A stretch of DNA of 64,000 nucleotides from Octopus vulgaris (lineage: Eukaryota): positions 114,452,001 through 114,516,000 of the forward strand of contig OX597815.1 of assembly GCA_951406725.2 (NCBI GenBank), in the 5' to 3' direction. The number at the start of each line of letters is the position of its first letter. Positions within the stretch are counted from its first letter, which is position 1. The notes beneath the pieces were generated by a model, which was given only the letters and a program-made list of their open reading frames with translations, ran no database searches and was not told the DNA's origin. The position numbers were made by a program, and so were the translations under genes. Positions 39,645 through 54,363 of the stretch are shown piece by piece.

Positions 39645-39950
39645 GAGAGGGAAACCACTATGTGGGTGCCCTTATGCTAGAAGTAAAGCCGCTATGGTCT
39701 TACCACTAAGAAATGTTCTCAAGAAATAAATTCAGCAAAATAACCAAAACGTAATCGAACAAGACAAAAGAAAAGCAATAAAAATATGGATTGTTCACAT
39801 ACGTGTTTCATTTTCACGATATTACGTAATTCAACTTACGCAAGATGTCCGTAGATCTTCGGTGTGACCGTCCAAGTGAATATAATTTGCAGAACTATGT
39901 ACTTGGACGTCCGCACAAAGTCGGACTTGTAAACAGTTCTACCCATTACA

Positions 39951-40068
39951 GGGTTTCGTAGCTAACACACCCACTGTGTAGTATTGCGATATAACAGTGG
40001 TGACGAGGGTTTCGTAGCTCACACAGCCACTGTGTAGTATTGCGATATAACAGTGACGACGAGGTTTC
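39951..40068 (+). repeat. ~56-bp tandem duplication spanning the putative LTR end and primer-binding site
   Basis: gggtttcgtagct...ccactgtgtagtattgcgatataacagtg(g/a)(t/c)gacga x2. Confidence 0.8.
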
Positions 40069-40081
40069 GAATAGTACCGAA

Positions 40082-41752
40082 ATGAAAGAGTTACTGAAAG
40101 CAGTTGTAAAACAGCAAGAGCAGCAGCAGCAACTACAGATGTTAATAGAATTGTTACTGCAGTCGAGAAATACGACCGAATCATTTTCAGCAGATGGTGT
40201 TGCAAATTCCATCGAAGAATTTCACTTCAATCCGGATGGAGGAACTACTTTTGCTGCATATTACAGACGATACGAAGACATATTCTGAGAGGAATGTAAA
40301 GGATGGACTAGTGAAAGGAAGGTAAGGCTTCTTTTGCGAAAGCTTGCTACTCCGGAACACAAAAGATTTTGTAATTTTATTTTGTCGAGAAAGCCCGCGG
40401 AATTGTGTATTGATGAAACGATAAATATTTTGACTAATATTTTTAGCGAGAAAAGTTTATAGTTTAACATTCGATGGGAAAGTTTAAATCTAAAGAAAAA
40501 CGTGTCCGATGATTTTGTAACATATGCTGGTGTGGTTAATTAGGCTTGATAAAGGTTTAAGTTGGAAGAATTAACGCCAGATATGTTCAAGTACCTAATA
40601 TTCGTTAAAGGGCTAGTGAAAACGGAAGACGCGGAAATTAGAAAAGGAATGTTATCAAAGTTGAATCAAGATGCAAAGCTCCCTTTGCAGAATGTGGCTG
40701 AGGAATGCCAACAAATAATAAACCTTCGAGATGATACAAGAAAGATAGCAGAGAAAAGTTAATAACGTACAAATGTGTAAAGAAAGTACAGAAGGAAGGA
40801 AAAATTTAAATTCAAAACGGTGCTATGGTTGCGGAGATCGACATTTGAGGAAATATAAAACCTGTTTTAAGTGTGGTAAAATTGGACATATACAGACGAA
40901 ATGCCGGTCAAAGAAAATGGTAAAACAGAAGAAAATCTACTCTACAAAAGTAAATTATACCAGACAAAACCGAAACTTTGTGTTTAGAAATAAATTGGTT
41001 TCAGACCAAAATTCAATTAGATGGGCAAAATTTCACCAGAAATAAAACTTAAAAACAGGACGCGGAAATGTAAACTAATGGTATCTAAGAATACAATTAA
41101 TCTGTTCAGAACAGATTTAATGGAAGGATTTGACCTGTGGGATCTATCACTGAATACATTATGTAACAAGTTGAATGCGTCACAGTCCGTGTCAGAGAAA
41201 GCATCGGAAAAAATGAAATTAAAATTGAAAAAGATGTACCCTGGTATTTTTTTTTTTTTTTTGAAAGAGCTCGGTATGTGTAAAAAAAATTAATGTAAAG
41301 TTTGAGTTGAAAGAAAATGCGGTGCCGGTGTTCAAACCGAAAAGGAATGTACCTTTTGCGGCGTTAAATCATGTTGAAAAGGAATTAAAAAGATTGGAAG
41401 ATATGGAAGTAATTGAAAAAGTAGACTACTCTGAGTGGGCGGCTCCTACGGTATATATATAAAAGAAGAACAGCGAGGTAAGAGTATGTGCGGACTTCTC
41501 AACTGGTCTTAATGATTGTTTAAAAAACAAGAAATATTTGCTAAGTGCAACGGTGAGAAACTTTTTTCCAAGCTGGATTTGTCAGAGGCCTACCTCCAAT
41601 TACTGGTAGATGAAGAATGTGCTAAAGTATTAACAATCAATACTCATAAAGACTGCCATTTGGGGTAAAGGTCGCACCAGCAATATTTCAGCAATATATG
41701 TATGTATATATATGTATGCATATATATGTATGTATATGTACGCATATATATG

Positions 41753-41784
<32 letters not shown>

Positions 41785-44083
41785 TATATATATATGTATG
41801 TGTGTATGTATGTATGTATTTGATTAATGAGGGATGAAAGATATGAGAATTTTTATTAATCACTACAATTGTTTTTATTAATCACTACAATTGTTTCGCC
41901 CCATCTAGCATAAATTATGCTAGCAGATTGTGAGTTCGCGGTCCCAAACTTGGATGACATATTGATCAAAAGAATATAAAGAGACCAACATATTGAACAT
42001 ATAGAAGAGGTTTTCAAACGAATATGTGATTACGGGTTCAAAGTAAGGGAAGATAAATGTAAATTTTTCTTGACAAAAATAAAGTACTTAGGACAGATGA
42101 TCGATGAAAACAGACGAAAACCGGACCCTTCTAGGATCGACGCGATAAAACAAAATGCCTGCTCCCACTAACAAAACAACACTACAAGCATTTTTAGGTT
42201 TCGTAAGTTATTACCAGTTGTACATACCTAAAATGTATGAGCTAAGAGCTCCGTTGAATAAGTTGCTAAAGAAGGACTCGAAATGGAGCTGGACAAACGA
42301 ATGTCAGAAATCATTCGAGGTATTATAAAAACGGTTAACATCAGAGTTATCATTAACTCATTTCGACGCAAATCTGAAAATAATTGTGGCATCGGATGCC
42401 AGTGAATATGGTATAGGAGCTGTGATATTGCATAAATTTAAGGATGCTAAAATCAAAGCTATTGCACATGCATCAAGAGTTCTATTACCAGCGGAAAGAA
42501 ACTACAGCCGGATTGAAAAAGAGGCGTTATCATTAATCTTCGCAGTAAAAAACTTCCATAAATTCTTACGTGGGAGAAACTTTACACTGCAAACGGATCA
42601 CCGACCGTTATTGTCTATTTTTTGGTTCGAAAAAGGGTATCCCAACGAACTCAGCAAATCGCTTACAGCGCTGGGGGACTAATCTGTTGAACTACGATTT
42701 CCAGATGGAGTTTTTGCCATCAAATAAAATGGGACACGCAGACGGGTTGTCTAGTCTAATTCCAAAATATGAGGAACCTTTTGAAGACACGGTGATTGTA
42801 TCGTTAAAACTAGAAATGAAACTGAAGAATATTTTGTGCAATGTTGTCCGTGATTTGCCGGTAACGCTGGAAGAAATTAAATTGAAATCGGGAAATGATA
42901 GGTTCATAAATAAGATTTTTTAAATGTTGAGTAACACGAAAAATATAAATGAGCGGGACGCAGGTTCAAAGCACTATTCAGTGTGTGATGAAGTATTATT
43001 ATATGCACAAAGAGTGGTAATACCTGAAGCACTGCAAAACAGAGTATTAAAAGACTTTCATGTAGGACATCTGGGGATTGTTCGGATGAAGAACCTTATG
43101 AGAAGTTACGTTTATTGGCCGAATATGGACAAGCAAATTGAAAGACTGGTAAAACAGTGTAGGGGTTGCGCCATGGCAGCAAAGGCGTCCCCAGTGCAGA
43201 TTCAGCCGTGGCCAAAAACGGATTCGGCATGGTCTAGATTACATGTGGATTTCGCAGGACCAATAAATGGCTCTCATTATATCATTGTGGGGGATAGCTA
43301 TTCCAAATAGCCCGAAGTGTGTAAATGTTCAAGGCCAACCAGAAGTGTGACTTCTTGGAAGAACTGTTCGCTCGTTATGAAGTCCCAGATACGATCGTGT
43401 CGGATATTGGTACACAATTCACGGCGAAGGAGTTCGAAAGATTCTGTAAGTCGGTTCAGATGAAGCATGTGTTAACTCCGCCATGCCATCCAAGGTCAAA
43501 TGGGTTAGTGGAAAGATTCGTCGACACATTCAAGAGAGCCTTAAGGAAGACCAGACGGGAAAACGTTGGAGATACAAATATGACAAAGTTTTTGCAGGTG
43601 TATAGAATAACACCGAATCCAAATGTAGAGTCGGGTAGGCCACCTGCAGATTTGATGTTTTCCAGAAAAATTCGTTCTATTTTCGACAAATGGTTGCCGA
43701 GTAGGAAACAGAAAACAGAAAATTCGGGAAGAAAAACGAACTTTTTTAACATAGTTGACAAAATGTATTTTAAAATATATAGTAACGGAAAACAGGACTG
43801 GGAACAAGGAAGTATAACTGGACGTCTGGGTAACGTGATGTACATGGTAAAAGGGCCAAAATATGAACACAGAAGGCATTTAAACCAATTTAAAAAATGA
43901 TATACCAAAAGCCAAGAGAGGCGAGAAGAACCAATGGATTTATGGTATGATTTGTTCCAGGTCCCAGAACCACAAGCAAAAACAGAACCGACACGTAGGT
44001 CAAACAGGAAGAGAAAACCTACAGAAATGATGGAAATTAACGCTAAGAGAAAAAGATATGCCAGTTTCTCACCGAGGAAATAA
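40082..44083 (+). pseudogene. gag-pol pseudogene of the Gypsy element
   Basis: Many stops and frameshifts; no intact protease D(T/S)G motif seen. Confidence 0.85.
41693..41915 (+). other. Insertion in Gypsy RT duplicating about 45225-45431
   Basis: Microsatellite plus tttgattaatgagggatgaaagatatgag...gccccatctagcataaat occurs at both places. Confidence 0.85.
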
Positions 44084-44790
44084 AATTGATAAATTCGGGT
44101 TTAAAGAACTCAAAAGGGGGAGGTGTTGTGTAGACGCCCCAGACGATGAAGTAGGCTAGCCCAATACGTAGATATAGAGGGAGAAGCCTAGACGTCAGCA
44201 GAGTAGAGCAGAGCAGAGAGTAGAGTAGAGAACGGTTGAGTAGAGGTCATCCGAACGTGTGACATAACAGTTTGGCAAGCACACATACAATACTGAAGAT
44301 GAAGAAAATGGTTGGTCATGCCCCTAAAATTTTGTATAAACACTTAAATATGATTTCTGATGAAATTTTGACTAAGCAATACATGCTTTCTCCTCTCAAA
44401 TTCTTTCTAGATATATGCTTCTATACAATCATGATTATTGATGAACTTATAAATAATTATGAATTTATACTACTACCTGTTTTGAACACTTTTATGTAAA
44501 CTGTTTAAACAAAAACCCCTCTTGACATTTTCTTATCATTGTCAAATATTCCATTTCTTAACATTATCTTATCACTGTCAAAGACTGTTTCACTGTATTT
44601 TAATACATCTATGATAACCACTTTTTAATTCAACAAAGACTACACAAAGCCTTACGTTTTACATTTGAAAATCTTTTTTTAAAAAAAGTGAAACCGGACA
44701 AGTCAATAAACATCTTTAAAAGACCTCTGCATTTTCAAATCCTCTTTCTTATATATTTTCACTCGTGCCGTACCTTGCAATTTTACTTTG

Positions 44791-44922
<132 letters not shown>

Positions 44923-45262
44923 CTATGTATGTATATATGTATGCATGAATATATGTATGTATGTATGTGTGTGTATGTATATATACACATTATGTATTTA
45001 TATGTATGTGTATATATATATATAAATATATGTATATATGCGTATATATATGTATACATATGTATATATATATATGTATGTATATATATGCATGTACATA
45101 TGTATACATATGTATATATATATGTATGTATGTATATATATTCATGTATATATGCATGTATATATGTATATATATGTATATATGTATGTATATATATGTA
45201 TACATATATATGTATGTATATGTATATGTATGCATATATATGTATGTATATGTATGCATATA

Positions 45263-45325
<63 letters not shown>

Positions 45326-46269
45326 ATATATATATATATGTGTATGTATGTATGTATTTGATTAATGAGGGATGAAAGATATGAGAATTTTTATTAATCA
45401 CTACAATTGTTTCGCCCCATCTAGCATAAATCCCTTACGGGTGAAATACTTAACAAGTATTCAGTAGTATCTGACGTTGCAGATGAGAAGATCATGAATA
45501 GAATTCCTGAAATACTTTCAAAATGCTTACATGCATATAAATTCACTTTATAACAATGCAGTTGGAATGAATTTGACTAATATAATTCACCTTAAAGTAT
45601 GGATGAATTAAATTTAGCTCTAACCTTCCCATTCTTATAAACACCTAGTAGTTATTTAATTCGCTATGTGTACGCGTGTGAGCAATACCACACCTGTGTT
45701 GCGTATTCTTACATCTTCGTGGATGTGTGTATCAACGAGTGTGTATGCGCCATACAACCTACGCGAAGGCGTTTATACATCCATATCCATTAACGATTAT
45801 ATTTAATACTTTTTCGTTGTATTGCGTGTTCGATTTTTTTTTTTTTTTGCATCTGTTATTTTATTATTGATCTATATAAATGAAGTTACATCCCCTAATT
45901 TGCTACTTTTCTTTATACGAACTGAGAAGATACATTGCAGAACTGCAACGTCGGATGGTACTGAACCAGTTGTTACGTATCCCTCCCCTCAGGAATCGAT
46001 GCTAGATTGGTCGAAACAGTTGTAGCGATTAATAAAATTTCTCTATTTTCCATCTTCCGTCTCTCATTAATCAAATACATAACGAACACTATGAAAGTAA
46101 TCGTGCTTTGCCAGTAAGCTACTTGGTATAAGCCATTCGTTTCATTATCTAATACATACATATATACATACATACATACATACATACATACATACATACA
46201 TACATACATACATACATACATACATACATACATACATACATACATACATACATACATACATACATACAT

Positions 46270-46692
46270 ACATGGTGGCTCCCCCATCGTTATCGAGTAT
46301 GGCCATTGCACGAAGCTTAATCAATGTTGTTATCGTGCAATGCCTGTGCAAGATTTTTTTAAAGTGAGGAAAGGTTGTGCACAAAATCAATCCCACTCAC
46401 TAAGCAACAGCAGCCATAATCCGAAAAGAAGAACAAGTCAACATCATCAGTAAACACTGAGCCGCAGGTTTTATATCGGAGTTATCCCAGTTACCTGAGT
46501 TACCTTCTCCTAGAAGGATGCCCTAACAAAGGCTAGGAGTCCTTCACTCACAATGGTTTAACCGCGCGATCGGGTATTCAGTCCGATTATTTCTGTCCCC
46601 GCGCATGATACAGCCTTAAGACATTTATTGGATGGCCGTTGACTCTCAAGAGTTCCTCCGCCCTTTGACGGGTTTTGTTTTTCATCCTGTAA
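46270..46692 (-). mobile_element. RTE-derived non-autonomous retroposon with (ATGT)n tail
   Basis: Minus strand gggcatccttctaggagaaggtaactc resembles the RTE 5'-UTR motif ggcaacc...ctaggagaagg.aaactc; ends gggggagccacc(atgt)n. Confidence 0.5.
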
Positions 46693-47666
46693 CATACATA
46701 CATACATACATACATACATACATACATACATACATACATACATACATACACACATACATACACACACATACACACACACATACATACATACATACATACA
46801 TACATACATACATACATACATACATACATACATACATACATACATACACACATACATACATACATACATGCATGGAGGGCCACCGCTACAGTTTCTGTCC
46901 ATTAAAATGCATTCAGAAGTTTTCAACCTCAGGCTATCGTCGAAGACATTTGCCTGGGTAGTTTCCAAGAAAACCTTCTGGCCATACAGCCATGCCTACG
47001 CCCTCTAACCACTAGTTCCTTTAGAACTTCTTTGAAGGTTCTTTCACATCATCAATTTTCTTCTCGTTAAAGACACATAAACAGCATAGATTAAATGATA
47101 ATTTTCCTGCCTCAAAATAAAAATAGTAATATTTTTTTTTTCTTCAATGCTATCTCACCTGAATTGCAAGTTTTAATGACGTAATTAAAAAAGAAGAAAT
47201 ATCTACATAAACAATCTGGAGTAAATGTACAAATATTACTTCTTAATTGAAATAAAACTAAATTCTGGTGATGCTGGTTTATCAAACATTCTACGCAACA
47301 GAAATATATTCACTAAATATCAAACTGAAATAAAATTGAACAAAAAAACAAACAAAAACAAATCAAAACAGTAAAATTGTATGAGTGACTGTTTTCTCAA
47401 ATTAAATTAATTCATAAATTTAGGTCATTGTTGTTTTAAGTTAATATATTAAAACAGAGTTTACATTAAAATTATTGCGGCTGCAACTGAAAGAAGCTGT
47501 CAGAATTAATCAGTTAACTAAGATCACCACAGAAACCAGATGTTTGTAGCTCTTATCTCCAGTTTGGATGAAACGCAGAAAGAATAAAATAGGATTTCAA
47601 ACACATCTAAATTTAAATTATGGAAATTATAGTGTTTTTATTGTACCACAGTAACGCAGAAGTCAC

Positions 47667-47716
<50 letters not shown>

Positions 47717-47722
47717 CTCTTC

Positions 47723-47764
<42 letters not shown>

Positions 47765-48789
47765 CAGAGGATAGAAACCGCTAGGTTGGAAAAGGTTGAC
47801 CAAATGAATGATTTAGGTTAGTGAGTTGCAAAGTGCAATTTTTTTTATGTTGGTTAGGTTAAAGGTCGTATTGTTTAAATACGATGGACGCATATTGTTT
47901 GCAACCGGTTTGAAAGAATTTAGATGAAAACTTTCTCGCAACTATTCTGTGTAACGAGAACTGTACCGTTCAATGTTTTAGCTCTTTTCATAATACCCGT
48001 TTTTAACCTTTTACTAACCTAGTACAGTAAATCATCCACAGATAACTACAACTGATTATAATAAGTCAACCAATAGAGATTACGTGACTTTGTTTTCTAC
48101 TGAGCATTGGTGAAATAAACATGAAATTAGTTTTATTTCAGTTACGGTTCGAAACCGCGACCCAGAGTCTCACCACTTCTCTCTCTAATAGTCCTCACAC
48201 AAGTTTGCAATATCAATGTTAGATCTTCGAATAATGTTGAATTACTTTGTCATTTTTATAATCATGGTTTGATGTGAAGTCCTGATTTAGCCGTAGGAGA
48301 GGCTTGTCTTGCAGCTTCCCGACAATTGTTGTTTTACCCTTAATATAGTCTGTGATATCTGTATACATTAAAGAGTATGTCATTGACACTCTTTTTAATG
48401 AGGATATTTATGTAACGGAGTTTTCCTTCTTTATAATTTTATGTTGATCTGAATCCTGAAATTTATCGAAGAATTCAAAGAGGGAGGAATATTTTAAACG
48501 AATGAATTGATTATAACTTCATTAAAGCAAATTATTACAACAAGCTGTCCCCGTGGTATGGCCTGAAGAGAGTTTATAATCATTAGAATTCGATGAGAAA
48601 AGCTGTGGCCCGAGAGGGTACGAGTCATATCCCAAAGATGGAGCCTTGTATCCTTGTTGAAAACCAGTTCAGTGGAAGATTTATAATAATTAAAAACTAG
48701 AAGAGACATGCATACATACATACATGCATACATACATACATACATACATACATTCACAATCACACTATACATAAATAAACATCATATAT

Positions 48790-49800
48790 ATAAACTTAAA
48801 GACACACCAAGCTTTTAACATATTGCATTGCGAGATTTACAAGCAGTCTCATCTACTAAATATGAATTGAGCCTTGTGTTCCCTTGCGACGATGATTTCT
48901 TCAGTCAGTTCCGCAAGTAGCAGTTCAACATGTAAAGCCTCCTCATTTGTTATTCATTTTACTTCCAAATCTACACAGATAAACCCATTCCTGAACTTCT
49001 CTTCTCAACCTAACTTTTCATGTTACATACAGTCACTATATGAAAAAATGTTTTGATTATTCCACCGAACAAGTTGATCAGACCTGGCTGTGTCCGTCTA
49101 TTCCATAGATAGCGCTTTTTCTCACCAAACTCTATACAGAGTATTTACATGTGACATTGCTTTTCACTTCCTTTACCTGACTCTAACCCTTTCTCTTTTA
49201 AAACCTCAAAGATGATGGAAACGATCGTAAATGAAAAACTTGTTTATCACTGTTGGTCTCTATCTTTCAGTGGCTTCAATTAGATTCTGTAATCAAGGAT
49301 CTATCAGAAATCTGTTATCTTAAGTCACTCACAAAATTGCCGTTCGTCGCTAAGAACTTCGGCAAAAGTGCTGCCATTACTCTTGATACTAGCAAAGTCT
49401 TCTACTTTAAAATCTGATGGTTATGTGGTTCGCTTTACCTCAACTGTCAATCTGTCTTTTATTGCATCGAAAGTTTCTGTCAAATCGAATTGTTTCTAAT
49501 CAACATGTACTCAAGGACTTTTCTCTAACAAGGTTTTAACTCTAATGCATTGTTCAATTATGTCTCCCACATGTTTCCTTCTTTCGTATGTTAATGACCT
49601 TACTGCAATATCTACAAAATAATACCAGATTTCCATTTTTACTTAACCTTCCAAACGCAAACGTCCATCACACAAGCTGAAATATTTCAAGTCAGAGTTA
49701 CACTTATTCCATGAAAAGAACTCGAAAACATCTAATGGAGATAAAACAGCATAGTCTCTTTTAAAAGCATCAATACACAATTGAATCACGGTTTCAAGAA
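48790..49800 (+). pseudogene. Highly decayed CR1/L2/Jockey-type RT remnant
   Basis: SKMMETIVNEKL, AITLDTSKVF, YVNDL-like peptide remnants in RT order. Confidence 0.55.
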
Positions 49801-50329
49801 ATAGTTTATTCAATAGGATTGTGAGTATTAAAATCGAAAGTGAGTCTGTAAGAGTATTACTACTGTTGGATTGAATGAGTTGAGATATGGTCTTTGAATA
49901 ATCGAAATGACTTTAAGTGAATGGTAGTTATATGCACAATTCGGTGTTTTGTTATTGTTGCTTTAATATAGCACCAGGACAGTTCTGATCGGGCAGATTT
50001 ATGTCACTCATATTGTTGACCGAATGATTACGAGTGACCTACTTGGCCCAGTGTTTCAGATACGCCATGCAGTGATTAATCACATGAACTGACGTGTTGT
50101 AATTTATTCTGTTTAATTTTACAATCTGTTGTTATTGTTGTTTAGAGTCAGATCAAACCAGATTGATCAGATCTATGATCAAAGGTGTTCTTGACATCAC
50201 TATCTAATCTTTCTAATTGGACGTAATGTATTATCCAGTATGTTCTTTCTAAGACGATGAAGTTGATCTGAAGGAATTTGGCTGATATTTCAAGTAAATC
50301 GAGCGAAAGTATTGTGGGTGGCCACAGTG

Positions 50330-52820
50330 TAGTTAAAGTAGATTTGTTCAGAACGAGATAGTTGTTGTTTCTCTGCACATGTCATTGGCGGTGTACAACC
50401 TAGTATGGCTTAGGCTGGAAATAATGAGGATATTGATGCAGTTGTTACTTTCGTGTGTGTGTGGGTACAGTTTTATGCTTTTTTTCTGGACTGAATGCTG
50501 GAGATAGTTTTTTGAGATGGTGTTGTAGAAATTGTTGCAGGATGTAGTAGATGTGTCTGGTGGAGTTGGGGTAACTGCGCAAGGACTATAAGGGCTGAAA
50601 GTTTCTGTGAAAAGAAATTATGTTTCCCCACATGCCCAGATTGTCTATCATGTTTACAATCTATAGATTTTTTGTATAGATGGTCTATTGGTGTAATCTA
50701 TGTGAAATCTATAAGGTCAAGTATGCAGTATAGTATTTTTTTACAGTTGATTAGTATTTGTTGTGGAAATATCCGTAAAGGCAGGTATTACCGTTATAAT
50801 CAGTGATAGATCTAATGTAGTGGGGTTTTTTTCTTGTGGTGGTCGTGGTAGAGAGAATTCGATGCTATATCTCATTATGATTGCGCTATTCTGTTGGAAA
50901 TGATTTAGAAGCCTTGTATATAACTCCTGGTGTTTTTGTATTCTGTGTATAAGATCTGTTTATTTGACTGAGTATGATGATTTCTTGTAATTGATGTTGA
51001 CTGGTGTTGCTGATAAAAAAAAGACGTGGGTTTGGTAGGTTCTGCTTTATGACCGTCGATTTTAACAAGGTTTCTATGTGACTAATGTAGGGCGGTGCAG
51101 CTGTGTCTAGAGAATGGTAGGCGAATTGGAATGAGCTGACATCTGTGGATAAGGCTGTGCATATGATTGGAGGAGGAGGAGTGTCTTTAAAAGATAAGAC
51201 GAATGTGGAGACTGTAGGCATGCAAAAGCGAATGTCTTAACAAGCGGGTTCATAAAGTCGAAGGTTTTGCTAATGTCATGAATAATAATATTGCTTTTGA
51301 CGAATTTTTACCGGCAGGGAAGGAGTGACTTAAGATAACAGATATCTAGATTACCTGTCTCGATGGAAACTACTAGTGGCCACAATTACAGAGGCCACTA
51401 GTACAAATATAGAGATCCAAATTGATGAGTGCCTGTTTACGACTGTTTTAGCCAGCGAGGACGAAAGATTGGTATCCTGTGGGGTCAGAAATATTACTAT
51501 TCTTAGGAGTGAAATACACCGTCACTTGATTCTATAGAAAGATCTCTCGAAAAGATTTTGATGAGAAAAACACTATCCATGGAATAAAGTGTTCACTGTT
51601 TAAGCGTAAAGAAAGGGATACAGTCAGATCTGATCACCTTGCTAGATGGAATGGCCCCAAATTTCTTCACATGGTATTTGTATGTGGGATGAAAGCTGAG
51701 GTTGAGGAGTTAAAGTCAATGTTTGGAGAACTAGTATTTCTGAAAACTACAATTTTTTTGTATACGACGAAGGTCTGAAAACCTATGAGACAGTTTGCTC
51801 GACTGTCTTGTTGTCTGTTTAATAGCCAGTTTTGGCATGACATCCGTTTTACCTGTCAGTCCAGATCTTAGAATTCTTTGTCATACTTTCCCATTTCTAT
51901 TTACACCAGCTCTTATACTCAAAGTTATTTTTTTCTTCTATTTACAAGGCCCTATGTTGTTTCTTGGCTCGGTTGTTCTTTATCTGATCTTCTTATTATT
52001 TCATCTGTAGTCTGTGACACAGCTTTAAAGGTATTCTAATGTTTCGTTAGGTCAGATTCTATGTCTTGGACTTGTTGGAACCTGTTTCTCTGTGTTGTTT
52101 GATATTACTTTGATGTTTCTGGATTTTTTCAACTTCTCAATTGACGGGCTGAATGATGGCGACTGAGACGTATGCTGGCTACTTCGAATACCGACTGAGA
52201 CGTATGCTGGCTACTTCGAATACCGACTGCAACTGTACTGACCAGTCGAGTTTTGTTTCAAATTTTATTGCTTTTTATAACCTATGTAACAGGGGTGGGC
52301 ACTGGCATATGAGTAAAGCGTATGTGAAAAGTGGTTTTTATAAGGTTTTATACGGTTTTACAAGTAATTTGGTCTTAGAAGCCTTAAGCTATTAGCGATA
52401 TTTTATTCAATGATAAATTATTGCTGCAGAATGTTTGATGGCTTCTTTGAAAGGTTTGAGAGTTATAGATTTGACTGAGTTTAAGAATGTTGTGTGTGCG
52501 AGACATGGCATTAACCATGTTGCAAAATTTATTCATTGACTTCTAATAGTTCCGTACTGGTTTGGTGGAAATGAAAAGGATGCGTTTTAGTTCGTCAACT
52601 GCTACAGGCAAAAGAAATCTATTGAAGTCGCTGTGAATGATAAACCCCATAAAATTTTTATAATCTTTCTTGTTGAGTATGCATCGAAAACATTATCAAT
52701 GCTCCGGGTATAAAATACTACAAATATCAGAAGTGATTTTACAGTATTAGTTGAATAACTGGTATGGTGCAGATGCATTCTAGACCGCGTCCACAGATGA
52801 TTGTCTGGTTGATTGAAAAA
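50330..52820 (-). pseudogene. Highly decayed non-LTR element, possibly R2/R4-like
   Basis: Minus-strand remnants in order: FRP, QGD, then a possible C-terminal ACGET...ETF zinc-knuckle remnant; weak. Confidence 0.4.
52160..52229. repeat. Perfect 32-bp tandem duplication
   Basis: cgactgagacgtatgctggctacttcgaatac x2 plus cgactg. Confidence 0.9.
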
Positions 52821-54199
52821 ATTCACTTCCCAAATACGCTACAATCACTGGCTCAAAAACATTTTTTTCAACTCTCCTCATTTATATCGGTTTGCATTTC
52901 TATGCTTTCTGTCTCTCTGAACTTGTAAGCTGCATACCACCACTGCAAAGCCCACCTCTTTTAACATGCTCAACCCTCTCATTCCATAATTAAAACTCTC
53001 TTGAAGTTCCTCTTTACTCATATCTTCCATATTGTTATCAATCTACAGACGTTCAAGCTGAAAATAGTTTAGTTAAGGACTTGGTATTCATAACACTTCT
53101 CCTTATCAGTCTTCCTCTTTGTTTAAAAAAATAAAATTACAAGGGGGCCTAGATCCATAACTTTCCTATTTTCTAGTAATCCTATTATTTTCTCCGGCCT
53201 TATCATTTAAACTTCTAACCTACAATAAATTGCCCACCTCAATAACGGTTAAGGAGTGGTTCGTGAAGTTTAATAACCATCACATTGGAGTTAACCCAAG
53301 TGCTACTCTTTTAATTAAGCAGAAGGCACAACGAATCAACATCCACCTCTTATACTAGAAATATAGAGCAAGTGTACTGCTTTGCATTGTTTTTTTTTTT
53401 TTTTTTTTTTTTTAAGGGTAGTCAATTTCTTGTTAAAATGCCAGAATCCCTTGATGAAGAACGTTCTCTTTCCTTCATCTGACATTCTTTATTGTTTCTC
53501 AAGAAACGACGCGCCAATTAAGATATCTTCACACATGTTCGCTCCAGAAAACGTATGGGAACTAGCACACAAATATTGCTGCAAGTATGCACACACAGAC
53601 ACACACAGATAATACACTACTGAATATAATATATATGGAGCATTTATGCACGTACATATATATGCATATATATATTTATATATATATATATATTTATACA
53701 CACATATGTTCTCGTGTATGTATGTATGTATGTATGTATGTATGTATGTATGTATGTATGTATGTATGTATGTATGTATGTATGTATGTATGTATGCATG
53801 TATGTATGTATGTATGTATGTATGTACGTGTATACATATATTTGTATATATGCGCGCGCGTGTATATATATATTAAGATATAATAAATGTGGAAAATGTA
53901 TGTTTGTGTGTGTGTCTGTATGTGTGTGCATGTGCACAGACTATGTAAAAGGATATTCGTCGGTTTCGACGATGTGTGTTCCATCTGTTCGGTCAACGGA
54001 ATGACATATTCATTGAATTACTCTGTGACTGCATAAACCCACTGAAACAGTTATAATCGAACTTGGAGCCTCATAACTGAGAACTCAGTTCATGAGAAGT
54101 ACAATTAACGAAGCCCTCGGCCTTTGAGTCACTTTTGTAACTTACTGCCGATTAAAGAATAATGAGGAAGCACACACACAAACACACAAACACACACAC

Positions 54200-54287
<88 letters not shown>

Positions 54288-54306
54288 ACACTCACACACA
54301 TACACA

Positions 54307-54363
<57 letters not shown>

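Larger units (their letters stand above)
39940..44270 (+). mobile_element. Decayed Ty3/Gypsy (Mag-like) LTR retrotransposon
   Basis: gag with CFKCGKIGHIQTKC, RT remnants (SEWAAP, APAIFQQ, LDDILI), RNase H (ASDASEYGIGA, YSRIEKEAL, TDHRPL), integrase (HVGH, YWP, CRGC, HVDFAGP, SNGLVER); polypurine tract aaaagggggagg followed by TG at 44124. Confidence 0.92.

Noticed and set aside
46645-46692. Possible twister ribozyme 3' half (cccgucaaagggcggagga) at the 5' end of the RTE-derived element
   Set aside because: The 5' half needed for P1/P2 is missing (replaced by microsatellite); cannot be supported
52160-52229. 32-bp direct repeat as a CRISPR array
   Set aside because: Copies are adjacent with no spacer; eukaryotic context; no cas genes
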